DNA of 47,773 nucleotides from a virus (taxonomy: Duplodnaviria; Caudoviricetes): positions 1 through 47,773 of IMG/VR virus record IMGVR_UViG_3300037307_000061. One strand, written 5' to 3'. The notes beneath the pieces are model-generated. The model ran no database searches and had not been told where the DNA came from. It worked only from the letters and a program-made list of their open reading frames with translations. A program made the translations under genes and the position numbers. How positions within the stretch are numbered: position 1 is the stretch's first letter; the number at the start of each line of letters is the position of its first letter. Shown piece by piece: positions 1 through 6,420 of this stretch.

Positions 1-1
1 A

Positions 2-541
2 CAGACTTATATTAAGGGTACTAGTTTATTATATGCAAATGCTCAGGCACAGATCAAGGCAACTTACGCTGGTTGGGCGCAAGCACAAACTCAAATTAAA
101 ACAACTTACCAAGGATACGCAAACGCCCAAACAAGTATTCTCGCGGGGAATATAGTATACGGTCAAGCATTAGCACAGATCGAAGCAACCTACGAAGTAT
201 ACGCACAATCTCAAGCCCTGATCCTGTTCACCAGCACGGTAACGGCTCAAGCGGCAGCGCATATCCTGAATTCCTATAGCGGGCAAGGTCAAGCCCAAGC
301 CCTGTTAATTAAGGCTGCTGGTTATGGTCAAGCCCAAGGATATGTCAGAATTGTCCATCTCTTAAAGAGTATGACAATCTCTGACACTATAGCAATTAAT
401 CTGACAGTATCAGATTACGAGAGTGAAACTGTTACCTCTGATACTGGAACAATAAGTATAACATTAAGTGAGTATGTTCTTGGTCTAACACTCTCAGATC
501 ATGCAACTCCTGATTTAATAGTAAGTGACGAAAACTACTAA
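2..541 (+). CDS. C-terminal part (5'-truncated) of a GQAQAxI-repeat virion fibre-like protein
   Basis: Not in the ORF track. Frame 2 is open from base 2 to TAA at 539-541 and reads QTYIKGTSLLYANAQAQIKATYAGWAQAQTQIKTTYQGYANAQTSI...YGQAQGYVRI, ending in short (L/I)-T-(V/I/L)-S-(D/E) units. Same repeat as the genes at 32940, 35018 and 42928. Confidence 0.85.
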   Translation, partial: QTYIKGTSLLYANAQAQIKATYAGWAQAQTQIKTTYQGYANAQTSILAGNIVYGQALAQIEATYEVYAQSQALILFTSTVTAQAAAHILNSYSGQGQAQALLIKAAGYGQAQGYVRIVHLLKSMTISDTIAINLTVSDYESETVTSDTGTISITLSEYVLGLTLSDHATPDLIVSDENY

Positions 542-543
542 AG

Positions 544-855
544 GTGGTGAATTCGGTGGCCAGTTATGACCCAAATGTTTATGTTCTAGGTGCAAGACCG
601 GAGTTAAGGTTAGCCCCGGTTGATGAGGATGGTTTATTCTTTGCACCAACAGAAATGAGAATGAGTATTGAACAACCTGATGGAGTGATCGTCACTTATT
701 CTGGTGCCGAGCTAACTCTCGCATCGGGTTATTATTATGTTATGTATAGACCACCAACAATCGGTTGGTACGAGTACGAGGGATGGGTAAAGGATAGCGC
801 GGGCCGTGAAATCGCTCAAACACACGGCTTTGATGTAATCGATAGAGTTGGCTAG
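544..855 (+). CDS. small beta-sandwich (BppU-N/Ig-like) virion protein
   Basis: Pattern 'SIEQPDG...GYYYVMY...IGWYEYEGWV...GFDV' resembles BppU N-terminal-like adaptor domains that follow phage fibre genes (recognition, not a search). Confidence 0.55.
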   Translation: MVNSVASYDPNVYVLGARPELRLAPVDEDGLFFAPTEMRMSIEQPDGVIVTYSGAELTLASGYYYVMYRPPTIGWYEYEGWVKDSAGREIAQTHGFDVIDRVG

Positions 856-856
856 G

Positions 857-886
857 TTGAAACTGAACATACCAATCTGCTATAGT
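857..886 (+). promoter_or_regulatory. sigma70-type promoter for the tRNA island
   Basis: TTGAAA (857-862), 18-nt spacer, extended -10 TG-C-TATAGT (881-886). Predicted +1 near G893, the first base of the downstream hairpin RNA. Confidence 0.7.
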
Positions 887-892
887 ATGGTT

Positions 893-969
893 GTGGGGTA
901 AAGTGGAAGGATAAACGACCAGTATTCCAGAGGACGCTTTGGCTGCTCGCCTTCATTTATCCCACGCCA
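893..969 (+). ncRNA. unknown CCA-terminated rod-like RNA with a tRNA-type acceptor stem and no cloverleaf
   Basis: GTGGGGT/ATCCCAC 7-bp stem followed by G-CCA. The stem extends through AAA/TTT, GAAGG/CCTTC, CGA/TCG and CAG/CTG. No TTCRA T-loop. One base separates it from tRNA-Leu. Confidence 0.6.
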
Positions 970-970
970 A

Positions 971-1054
971 GGCGGCGTGGTGGAATGGTATACACGGTTG
1001 ACTTAAAATCAACTGCCTTCGGGTATGGGAGTTCGAATCTCCCCGCCGCTACCA
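971..1054 (+). tRNA. trnL: tRNA-Leu(TAA), long variable arm
   Basis: GGCGGCG/CGCCGCT acceptor, GTTGA-CT-TAA-AA-TCAAC anticodon arm, GTTCGAATC T-loop, ACCA end. Confidence 0.96.
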
Positions 1055-1087
1055 TTTAAATTTTAAATCAATGACCGAAGGAGGTCA

Positions 1088-1423
1088 ATGATAAATAGTA
1101 GTAATAAAATAAAGGCTGATCTATTAGGTATGCCGTATGGAACGGCTAATAACAAATTAAGAAAAGCCCTACTATTTGATTGCGCAAAGAGACTAAATGA
1201 AGATCGTTGTTTTAGGTGTGGGATAAAAATCGAAACGATTGAAGAATTTTCAATCGAACATAAGAACGCTTGGGCAAGGCAAGATGACCCAATTGATGCT
1301 TTTTTTGATTTAGGCAATCGAGCAGCCTACCTTGTTATGAAACAACATTCTGATAGATATTCCAAGCGCCTTAAAAGTAAGCGGGAAAGATATCACAGAA
1401 ATCGTGGCTCAGTAGCCCAATAG
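1088..1423 (+). CDS. HNH-endonuclease-like protein, probably internally deleted
   Basis: GAGGT RBS; 'CFRCG...FSIEH' (CxxC plus first HNH His) and 'FFDLGN', but no downstream H-x-x-C-N half. Stop codon lies in the D-loop of tRNA-Leu(CAA). Confidence 0.65.
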   Translation: MINSSNKIKADLLGMPYGTANNKLRKALLFDCAKRLNEDRCFRCGIKIETIEEFSIEHKNAWARQDDPIDAFFDLGNRAAYLVMKQHSDRYSKRLKSKRERYHRNRGSVAQ

Positions 1424-1484
1424 GTAAGAGGCATAAGTTTCAAAAACTTAAAAGGTAAGAGTTCGAATCTCTTCTGAGCTACCA
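1406..1484 (+). tRNA. trnL: tRNA-Leu(CAA), short variable region
   Basis: GGCTCAG/CTGAGCT acceptor, TAAGT-TT-CAA-AA-ACTTA, 6-nt variable region, AAGAG-TTCGAAT-CTCTT, ACCA. Confidence 0.92.
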
Positions 1485-1498
1485 AAAAATTAATTCGT

Positions 1499-1575
1499 GG
1501 CTTCGTAGCCCAATAGGTAGAGGCGTATGCCTTAGGAGCATATTAGTAAGAGTTCGAATCTCTTCGAAGCCACCA
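1499..1575 (+). tRNA. trnL: tRNA-Leu(TAG), short variable region
   Basis: GGCTTCG/CGAAGCC acceptor, TATGC-CT-TAG-GA-GCATA, 5-nt variable region, AAGAG-TTCGAAT-CTCTT, ACCA. Confidence 0.93.
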
Positions 1576-1631
1576 TTTTATTGCCCACAAATAATCTAAA
1601 CTGTACGGTAGTATAAAGGGGAACAATTCAC

Positions 1632-1707
1632 GCCCCCGTAGCTTAATGGACTAAAGCCAAGGACTTCTAAGCCTTAGATATAGGTTCGATTCCTATCGGG
1701 GGTGCCA
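1632..1707 (+). tRNA. trnR: tRNA-Arg(TCT)
   Basis: GCCCCCG/CGGGGGT acceptor, AAGGA-CT-TCT-AA-GCCTT, ATAGG-TTCGATT-CCTAT, GCCA. Confidence 0.94.
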
Positions 1708-1725
1708 ATTTTAGGAGGTAGATAT

Positions 1726-1944
1726 ATGCCAATTACAGTTAGAGATAATCAAAAGGTTTGGCCCACTTGTCCAGAGTGTGGTTGTAGATTAAATACTGAT
1801 GCTTTTGCTTTTATGGCTGAGTGGGTTGGGTTAAGTCATTTTGGTACAGATAAGGAAAAAGATGCACGGGGTTGTAAGTGTTCTTTAGTTAATAAATGGT
1901 TTTGGCTCCCAGAAGAATCCTTATCTTATTTAGAAAGGGGGTGA
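1726..1944 (+). CDS. small Cys-rich hypothetical protein
   Basis: AGGAGGT RBS before ATG 1726 (the track start at 1702 is inside tRNA-Arg). CPECGC...H...CKC could bind zinc. Confidence 0.7.
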   Translation: MPITVRDNQKVWPTCPECGCRLNTDAFAFMAEWVGLSHFGTDKEKDARGCKCSLVNKWFWLPEESLSYLERG

Positions 1945-1948
1945 GTAA

Positions 1949-2320
1949 ATGTCAAGACGAGTAACAATATTACCACTACAGGCAAGAACAGCAACTATAG
2001 TATCACCAGTTGTTAAAACTTATGATGCCGTAGGTGCTGTCGTTATTGTTAATGTAACGGCAAAAACAGACTCTCCATCAGTTGTATTTACAGTTGAAGG
2101 AGTAGATGAAACTAGTGGATTAAATACAGCCTACACGCTATTAACATCAGCCGCAGTTACAAGTACAGGGTTAACTAGATTAACTGTTCATCCACAGTTA
2201 ACAGCAGCAGCAAATACTATTGCTAAGGATATTATTCCATCACATATTAGAGTTACAGCAACGCATGGTGATGCGGACTCTATTACTTATGCAGTATCAG
2301 CATATTTGGTAGATGCATGA
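1949..2320 (+). CDS. small all-beta (jelly-roll-like) putative virion decoration/spike-base protein
   Basis: GGGGTG RBS; Thr/Val/Ala-rich beta pattern 'ARTAT...NVTA...PSVVFTVEG.D..SG..Y.LL.SAA...TG...L.V.P.L...AN...D..P...RV...H...TY.V', which I recognise from small phage structural proteins. Confidence 0.55.
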   Translation: MSRRVTILPLQARTATIVSPVVKTYDAVGAVVIVNVTAKTDSPSVVFTVEGVDETSGLNTAYTLLTSAAVTSTGLTRLTVHPQLTAAANTIAKDIIPSHIRVTATHGDADSITYAVSAYLVDA

Positions 2321-3042
2321 AACAAGGTATAGTTGTTTGTACATGGAGCGGGGGTCAGCCTTGGGCTGACCTCTGCCTTGATAGTTTAAAAAGCCTTTAT
2401 GATAAGTATCCTATCTATGTTGTAGTCAACGACATTTTAAATGCCGATCCAAAATGGATCAATTCATTATGGAGTTCTTTTTCAATAATTGGGATCAACA
2501 AAGATGAAAGAGAACCGGGGGGATTAAGACAAGTATTGACTGAAACAAACTTAAATGAATTCTGGTTCCTACAAGATACCGTTGAGATAACTGATACAGA
2601 CTTTATAGAAGAGTCTTTCCAAGAGTACTCTGGTTATAGCGTTTCATATATGAGAACCTTTGCTCAATTTTACTTGGCTAAGTGGCAAAGAAGTGTACTA
2701 GAGTCAATAGATATCTCTATACCTAAAAATAAATTAGAGGCTATCAAGTATGAAAATACCATTTCTAATGCTTATCAAGAAGCTATGTTAGATAAAAGAT
2801 TTGCTGTAGTTGATCCTAAAATGGGCTATGGAAATCTTAGGAGTAATTATATAGACACTCTGTTTGGAGAAGAGCGGTTTGCTGTTGTAGGAAAAAATCT
2901 AATAAAAAGAGTCTCCATAGTAAAAGAAAATTTTAGAAAGGATAACTCGTCTTTAGATAACCCTGAATATCTTTCTGAAGAAGAAGTTAAGCAATGGCGT
3001 AAGGTATGGAGAGTAATGACATATAACAATACCGGGGTGTAG
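2317..3042 (+). CDS. glycosyltransferase-like protein (GT-A fold)
   Basis: N-terminal 'IVVCT...CLDSL...IYVVVN' and 'EFWFLQDT' (DxD-equivalent position) match a GT2-like layout. ATGA overlap with the upstream gene. Confidence 0.6.
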   Translation: MKQGIVVCTWSGGQPWADLCLDSLKSLYDKYPIYVVVNDILNADPKWINSLWSSFSIIGINKDEREPGGLRQVLTETNLNEFWFLQDTVEITDTDFIEESFQEYSGYSVSYMRTFAQFYLAKWQRSVLESIDISIPKNKLEAIKYENTISNAYQEAMLDKRFAVVDPKMGYGNLRSNYIDTLFGEERFAVVGKNLIKRVSIVKENFRKDNSSLDNPEYLSEEEVKQWRKVWRVMTYNNTGV

Positions 3043-3044
3043 CT

Positions 3045-3185
3045 TTGGAGAGATTTTGGAGCAAAGTTGACAAATCTAACAAATGCTGGAATTGGATGGC
3101 ATCCAAAAATCGTGAGCGTGTTTGTACTATCTGCAAAAATGCTGCAAGAAGGAGTATGCATAAATCTCGTCGGGGTATCGCCTAA
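3045..3185 (+). pseudogene. remnant HNH homing endonuclease (N- and C-termini fused, 46 aa)
   Basis: Not in the track. TTG start after GGGGTG; translates MERFWSKVDKSNKCWNWMASKNRERVCTICKNAARRSMHKSRRGIA*. 'RFWSKVDK...CW.W' is the typical N-terminus of phage HNH_3 endonucleases; the HR...H..N...N core is absent. Confidence 0.7.
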
Positions 3186-3248
3186 TTTGGCAGGGCACTT
3201 GGTTTGGGTCCAAGCATAATCAGCGTTCAAATCGCTGTACCCCGACCA
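3171..3248 (+). tRNA. trnP: tRNA-Pro(TGG)
   Basis: CGGGGTA/TACCCCG acceptor, CTTGG-TT-TGG-GT-CCAAG, CAGCG-TTCAAAT-CGCTG, ACCA. Confidence 0.94.
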
Positions 3249-3261
3249 CCCCTTTAGAAAG

Positions 3262-3543
3262 GTGGTGATGAAGTTGGGGCGTAAAAAGAAAGTCCCAATA
3301 CCAAAAGGACAAGCATTTTATCCTTTAGATTATAATTTTGTATTTCATAAATATGATGGAAAGGTTCAATGTTCTTACTGTGGAACATTTGAAGCATATG
3401 ATATAATCACCCGCGATCATGTGTATCCTAAGAGTAAAGGTGGATCAATAACGGTCCCTTGTTGCTATAGTTGCAATGAAGCGAAGAAAGATCAACTTCC
3501 CATAGAGTGGGCTATAAATAAATCAAGCGCCATTGATGTTTAA
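3262..3543 (+). CDS. HNH endonuclease (McrA/HNH_5-like)
   Basis: CSYCG...TRDHVYPKSKGG...VPCCYSCNEAKKD is a complete Zn-binding HNH motif. Stop codon is inside tRNA-Gly. Confidence 0.88.
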   Translation: MVMKLGRKKKVPIPKGQAFYPLDYNFVFHKYDGKVQCSYCGTFEAYDIITRDHVYPKSKGGSITVPCCYSCNEAKKDQLPIEWAINKSSAIDV

Positions 3544-3603
3544 CGGCTAGCATTCCTGCCTTCCAAGCAGATCGTGCGGGTTCGAATCCCGCATGGCGCT
3601 CCA
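3527..3603 (+). tRNA. trnG: tRNA-Gly(TCC)
   Basis: GCGCCAT/ATGGCGC acceptor, CTGC-CT-TCC-AA-GCAG, GCGGG-TTCGAAT-CCCGC, TCCA (U73). Confidence 0.95.
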
Positions 3604-3605
3604 AT

Positions 3606-3679
3606 AGGACTGTGGTGTAATGGGAGCATAGGTGTCTCCAAAGCATTTGGCGAGGGTTCGAATCCTTCCAGTCCTGCCA
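3606..3679 (+). tRNA. trnW: tRNA-Trp(CCA)
   Basis: AGGACTG/CAGTCCT acceptor, GGTGT-CT-CCA-AA-GCATT, GAGGG-TTCGAAT-CCTTC, GCCA. Confidence 0.95.
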
Positions 3680-3693
3680 TTTTAGAGGTTCAT

Positions 3694-3906
3694 ATGAAGT
3701 GTGAAAGTATTTACTGTTTTACAGAGACAGATCATTTATACTCAGTTATATTTATGAAACCTTCTAAACATATCTCTATTAACTTGTGTGAAAGATGCTA
3801 CGCTACCGTTTGTCATACTTTAACACGACTAGTTGGCGAAAGTAAAAAATCTGAGTATAATAATTACATTGCCACGGTAGCTCAGTCTGGTAGAGCGATG
3901 GTCTGA
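3694..3906 (+). CDS. small Cys-containing hypothetical protein
   Basis: GAGGT RBS and ATG 3694 (the track start at 3574 lies within tRNAs). C-x4-C...CERC. The C-terminus reads into tRNA-Phe. Confidence 0.6.
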   Translation: MKCESIYCFTETDHLYSVIFMKPSKHISINLCERCYATVCHTLTRLVGESKKSEYNNYIATVAQSGRAMV

Positions 3907-3947
3907 AGAGCCGTGCGTCGTTGGTTCGAATCCGACCCGTGGCACCA
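3871..3947 (+). tRNA. trnF: tRNA-Phe(GAA)
   Basis: GCCACGG/CCGTGGC acceptor, ATGGT-CT-GAA-GA-GCCGT, GTTGG-TTCGAAT-CCGAC, ACCA. Confidence 0.95.
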
Positions 3948-3963
3948 ATAGGAGGTAAAGGAA

Positions 3964-4260
3964 ATGGTAGCAAAAGGTTGGGACTTTAATTATACAATTA
4001 AAGATTCTTATAAACCAGTAAGTACAAATTCTTCTACTTATTATTGGGACGATAATACTTATACAGTCCCATCATATACTTACTCAACTTATTGGTATCC
4101 AACAACAGTTTATATGTATCAAATATTCTGTCCAAAACTAAGATGCAAGGGAGTATTTTGGGGGCAGATAGATTCAATAGTAGTATGTCCTAAGTGTAAA
4201 TCAAGGGTAAAAGTTACAGACTCTCCTCCACCGGATTATGAAGTGGAAGTGACAAAATAG
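3964..4260 (+). CDS. zinc-ribbon hypothetical protein with Tyr/Thr/Ser-rich N-terminus
   Basis: AGGAGGT RBS; CPKLRC...CPKC. Confidence 0.75.
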   Translation: MVAKGWDFNYTIKDSYKPVSTNSSTYYWDDNTYTVPSYTYSTYWYPTTVYMYQIFCPKLRCKGVFWGQIDSIVVCPKCKSRVKVTDSPPPDYEVEVTK

Positions 4261-4276
4261 AGGGGGTGGAATATGC

Positions 4277-4444
4277 GTGGTAAGAATATGGATGATCTTT
4301 GAAGACAACACATATTATGCCACGCCTCCTATGGAGCGCTATTTGGCAGAGTTACTTCTTGTAAATCTTGGTGTAGACTCATTGTGGGAGATAACACAAA
4401 ACCCGAGTACATTTAAACGAGTACTTAGGGCAAGAATAATTTAG
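4277..4444 (+). CDS. small hypothetical protein (55 aa)
   Basis: Below the track cutoff. GGGGGTG RBS, GTG start, MVRIWMIFEDNTYYATPPMERYLAELLLVNLG...RARII*. Fills the gap to tRNA-Lys, and the G of TAG is the first tRNA base. Confidence 0.55.
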   Translation: MVRIWMIFEDNTYYATPPMERYLAELLLVNLGVDSLWEITQNPSTFKRVLRARII

Positions 4445-4518
4445 GGTGCGTAACTCAATGGTAGAGTAAGAGACTCTTAACCTCTAGGTTGAAGGTTCGA
4501 CTCCTTCCGCACTCACCA
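4444..4518 (+). tRNA. trnK: tRNA-Lys(CTT)
   Basis: GGGTGCG/CGCACTC acceptor, AGAGA-CT-CTT-AA-CCTCT, GAAGG-TTCGACT-CCTTC, ACCA. Confidence 0.94.
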
Positions 4519-4519
4519 A

Positions 4520-4596
4520 GGGCCATTAGCTCAACCCGGCAGAGCAGGGGACTTTTAATCCAACGGTTGTAGGTTCAAATCCTACATGGCTCACCA
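4520..4596 (+). tRNA. trnK: tRNA-Lys(TTT)
   Basis: GGGCCAT/ATGGCTC acceptor, GGA-CT-TTT-AA-TCC, GTAGG-TTCAAAT-CCTAC, ACCA. Confidence 0.93.
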
Positions 4597-4680
4597 GATA
4601 AATAATATTAGGTTTCTACGGGGGACGCCTATCGGGTTGGAGGAAGATGAAATAGGGCCAATCAAACAGGAGTGATATCA

Positions 4681-4767
4681 ATGATGTTCTTAGGCATAAT
4701 TATTCTGCTTTTACTATTTGATGTAGTAGCACTTGAATATGGCGAAGACACTAGATGGACCCACTAG
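4681..4767 (+). CDS. 28-aa single-pass membrane peptide
   Basis: AGGAGTG RBS; MMFLGIIILLLLFDVVALEYGEDTRWTH*. Stop codon overlaps the first base of tRNA-Asp. Confidence 0.6.
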   Translation: MMFLGIIILLLLFDVVALEYGEDTRWTH

Positions 4768-4841
4768 GTTCGTTAGTATATCGGAAAGTATATCTGTCTG
4801 TCGAACAGAAGGGAGGGGTTCAACTCCCCTACGAACCGCCA
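4767..4841 (+). tRNA. trnD: tRNA-Asp(GTC)
   Basis: GGTTCGT/ACGAACC acceptor, TCTGT-CT-GTC-GA-ACAGA, AGGGG-TTCAACT-CCCCT, GCCA. Confidence 0.94.
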
Positions 4842-4857
4842 AATTAATGAGGGATAA

Positions 4858-5418
4858 ATGGATACAACTACATGGCTGTGTGGACCCCCACCAGCAAAGG
4901 GTCAATACCAAAGATACCCTAGTAGATTTATGTACAATCTCAAAAAATATTACCCGGAGTTTATAGACGACAATACGCTTCATATGTTCTCAGGTTCTTC
5001 TGACTTTGGTATTACTACCGATTTTCGTCCTGAAACTGGTGCTAGCATTATTGCTGATTATCGCAAGCTTCCTGTGGGGAATAATGTATTTAACAATGTG
5101 CTGGTTGACCCGCCTTACGCGGACCATTGGCAAGGGCAATGGCATGGGGATTTACCCAAGCCTAAGCATATATTACGCGAAGCAAGCAGGGTTGTTAGAG
5201 TGGGTGGCCTCATCGGCATCCTCCATATTATCATTATCCCCGCCTACAAAGAATTAGGTGTTGAAAGAATAGGATTACACCCTATTCTTACTGGACCAAA
5301 TAATGCCATAAGGGTATTTAATGTTTTTCGGCTCGTAACTCAGCCCGGTTCAGAGTACGATCCTGATAAGATCGAAGCCGTTGGTTCAAATCCAACCGAG
5401 CCGACCATAGACCCGTAG
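4858..5418 (+). CDS. small SAM-dependent amino-methyltransferase (N6-A/N4-C type)
   Basis: Motif I 'LHMFSGSS', catalytic 'LVDPPY' and 'EASRVVRVGG'. The reading frame runs through tRNA-Ile and stops in tRNA-Gln. Confidence 0.82.
   Translation: MDTTTWLCGPPPAKGQYQRYPSRFMYNLKKYYPEFIDDNTLHMFSGSSDFGITTDFRPETGASIIADYRKLPVGNNVFNNVLVDPPYADHWQGQWHGDLPKPKHILREASRVVRVGGLIGILHIIIIPAYKELGVERIGLHPILTGPNNAIRVFNVFRLVTQPGSEYDPDKIEAVGSNPTEPTIDP
5329..5407 (+). tRNA. trnI: tRNA-Ile(GAT)
   Basis: CGGCTCG/CGAGCCG acceptor, CGATC-CT-GAT-AA-GATCG, GTTGG-TTCAAAT-CCAAC, ACCA. Confidence 0.95.
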
Positions 5419-5485
5419 TTTAATTGGGTAAAGCGTCTGACTCTGGATCAGAAGATTCTAGGTTCGAATCCTAGCGGGTCTGCCA
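5409..5485 (+). tRNA. trnQ: tRNA-Gln(CTG)
   Basis: AGACCCG/CGGGTCT acceptor, TCTGA-CT-CTG-GA-TCAGA, CTAGG-TTCGAAT-CCTAG, GCCA. Confidence 0.93.
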
Positions 5486-5502
5486 ATTTGGAAGTGATTA
5501 AA

Positions 5503-6420
5503 ATGGATATACCGAATATAACAACTAGTCTTTTAACAAACTCTGCTTACGGTTATCCAACGCGAGGAAATGCACGCAGAATAAAGCCTATGTTATTAGC
5601 ATGTATTCACATTACATCTAATCAAAATAACCTAGGAGAAAATGCGGCAACCAATGAGCGTAACTACGCTAATAGAAGCGGCTCAGAAGGACCAAGCGCA
5701 CACTACTATCTTAATAGAGATGGAAGTGTGGTAAAAGCAATAGAACCAGTTAAGTATGCTGCATGGAGCAACGGCGATGTTAATGGGCCAAACACAGCAT
5801 TTTTTGGCTATCAAATATTAAAGAATATGTACTTAGATAATGGGTACAATGCTAACGAAGCATTCCTATTAGAGATAGAAAATTGCGGCTATGGATCATC
5901 ATATCCTATCACTAACGCGCAGAAAGATACGATGGCTTACTTGCTAGCAACTTTCAGTATATCACAGGATATTCCAATTAGCCGTGATACCGTATGGGCG
6001 CATAGTGATGTTAACTCTGTTACCCGTCCTAACTGTCCTATAGTAAAAGCCAGTAAAGAAGTGTTTCTTACAGAGGTCATAAATCTAGCCGAATCAGTTA
6101 AAGCAAAATTAATAGCTCAGCCGTTTATTAAACCTTATCAGGCTCAAATAGATATTCTGCAAATACAGGTAAATCAACTACAGGCAGATTTAACAATTGC
6201 CAATCAAAGAATAATAGATTTAGAGGCTCAGATTGTACATCTTCAAGAAGAGTTAGATAGTGTTAACCAGCAGTTGGCTATGTCTATCTTAGAGAAAGAT
6301 AAACTAGAAGAAGATTTAGATGCTGCTAATAGAGAGATAGCAGCATTAAAAGATGTAGTAGATGAATATGATGAGGTTAAAGAATTGTGGGCCAAACTCC
6401 ACTATACTCTAAACAACTAA
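5503..6420 (+). CDS. endolysin: N-acetylmuramoyl-L-alanine amidase (Amidase_2) with C-terminal coiled coil
   Basis: 'CIHIT', 'SAHYY', 'AWSNGD', 'LLEIE' and 'AHSD....TRPNCP' give the H/H/C Zn ligands of Amidase_2. The last ~100 aa are heptad-like. The start could instead be TTG 5488. Confidence 0.88.
   Translation: MDIPNITTSLLTNSAYGYPTRGNARRIKPMLLACIHITSNQNNLGENAATNERNYANRSGSEGPSAHYYLNRDGSVVKAIEPVKYAAWSNGDVNGPNTAFFGYQILKNMYLDNGYNANEAFLLEIENCGYGSSYPITNAQKDTMAYLLATFSISQDIPISRDTVWAHSDVNSVTRPNCPIVKASKEVFLTEVINLAESVKAKLIAQPFIKPYQAQIDILQIQVNQLQADLTIANQRIIDLEAQIVHLQEELDSVNQQLAMSILEKDKLEEDLDAANREIAALKDVVDEYDEVKELWAKLHYTLNN

Noticed and set aside
4639-4655. GGAGG-aag-ATG AAA TAG minigene just after the two tRNA-Lys genes
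   Set aside because: RBS spacing is only 3 nt and such a short pattern arises easily by chance.
4733-5257. Track ORFs 4733-4966 and 5006-5257 (+)
   Set aside because: The first spans tRNA-Asp and overlaps better-supported ORFs; the second is out of frame inside the methyltransferase.
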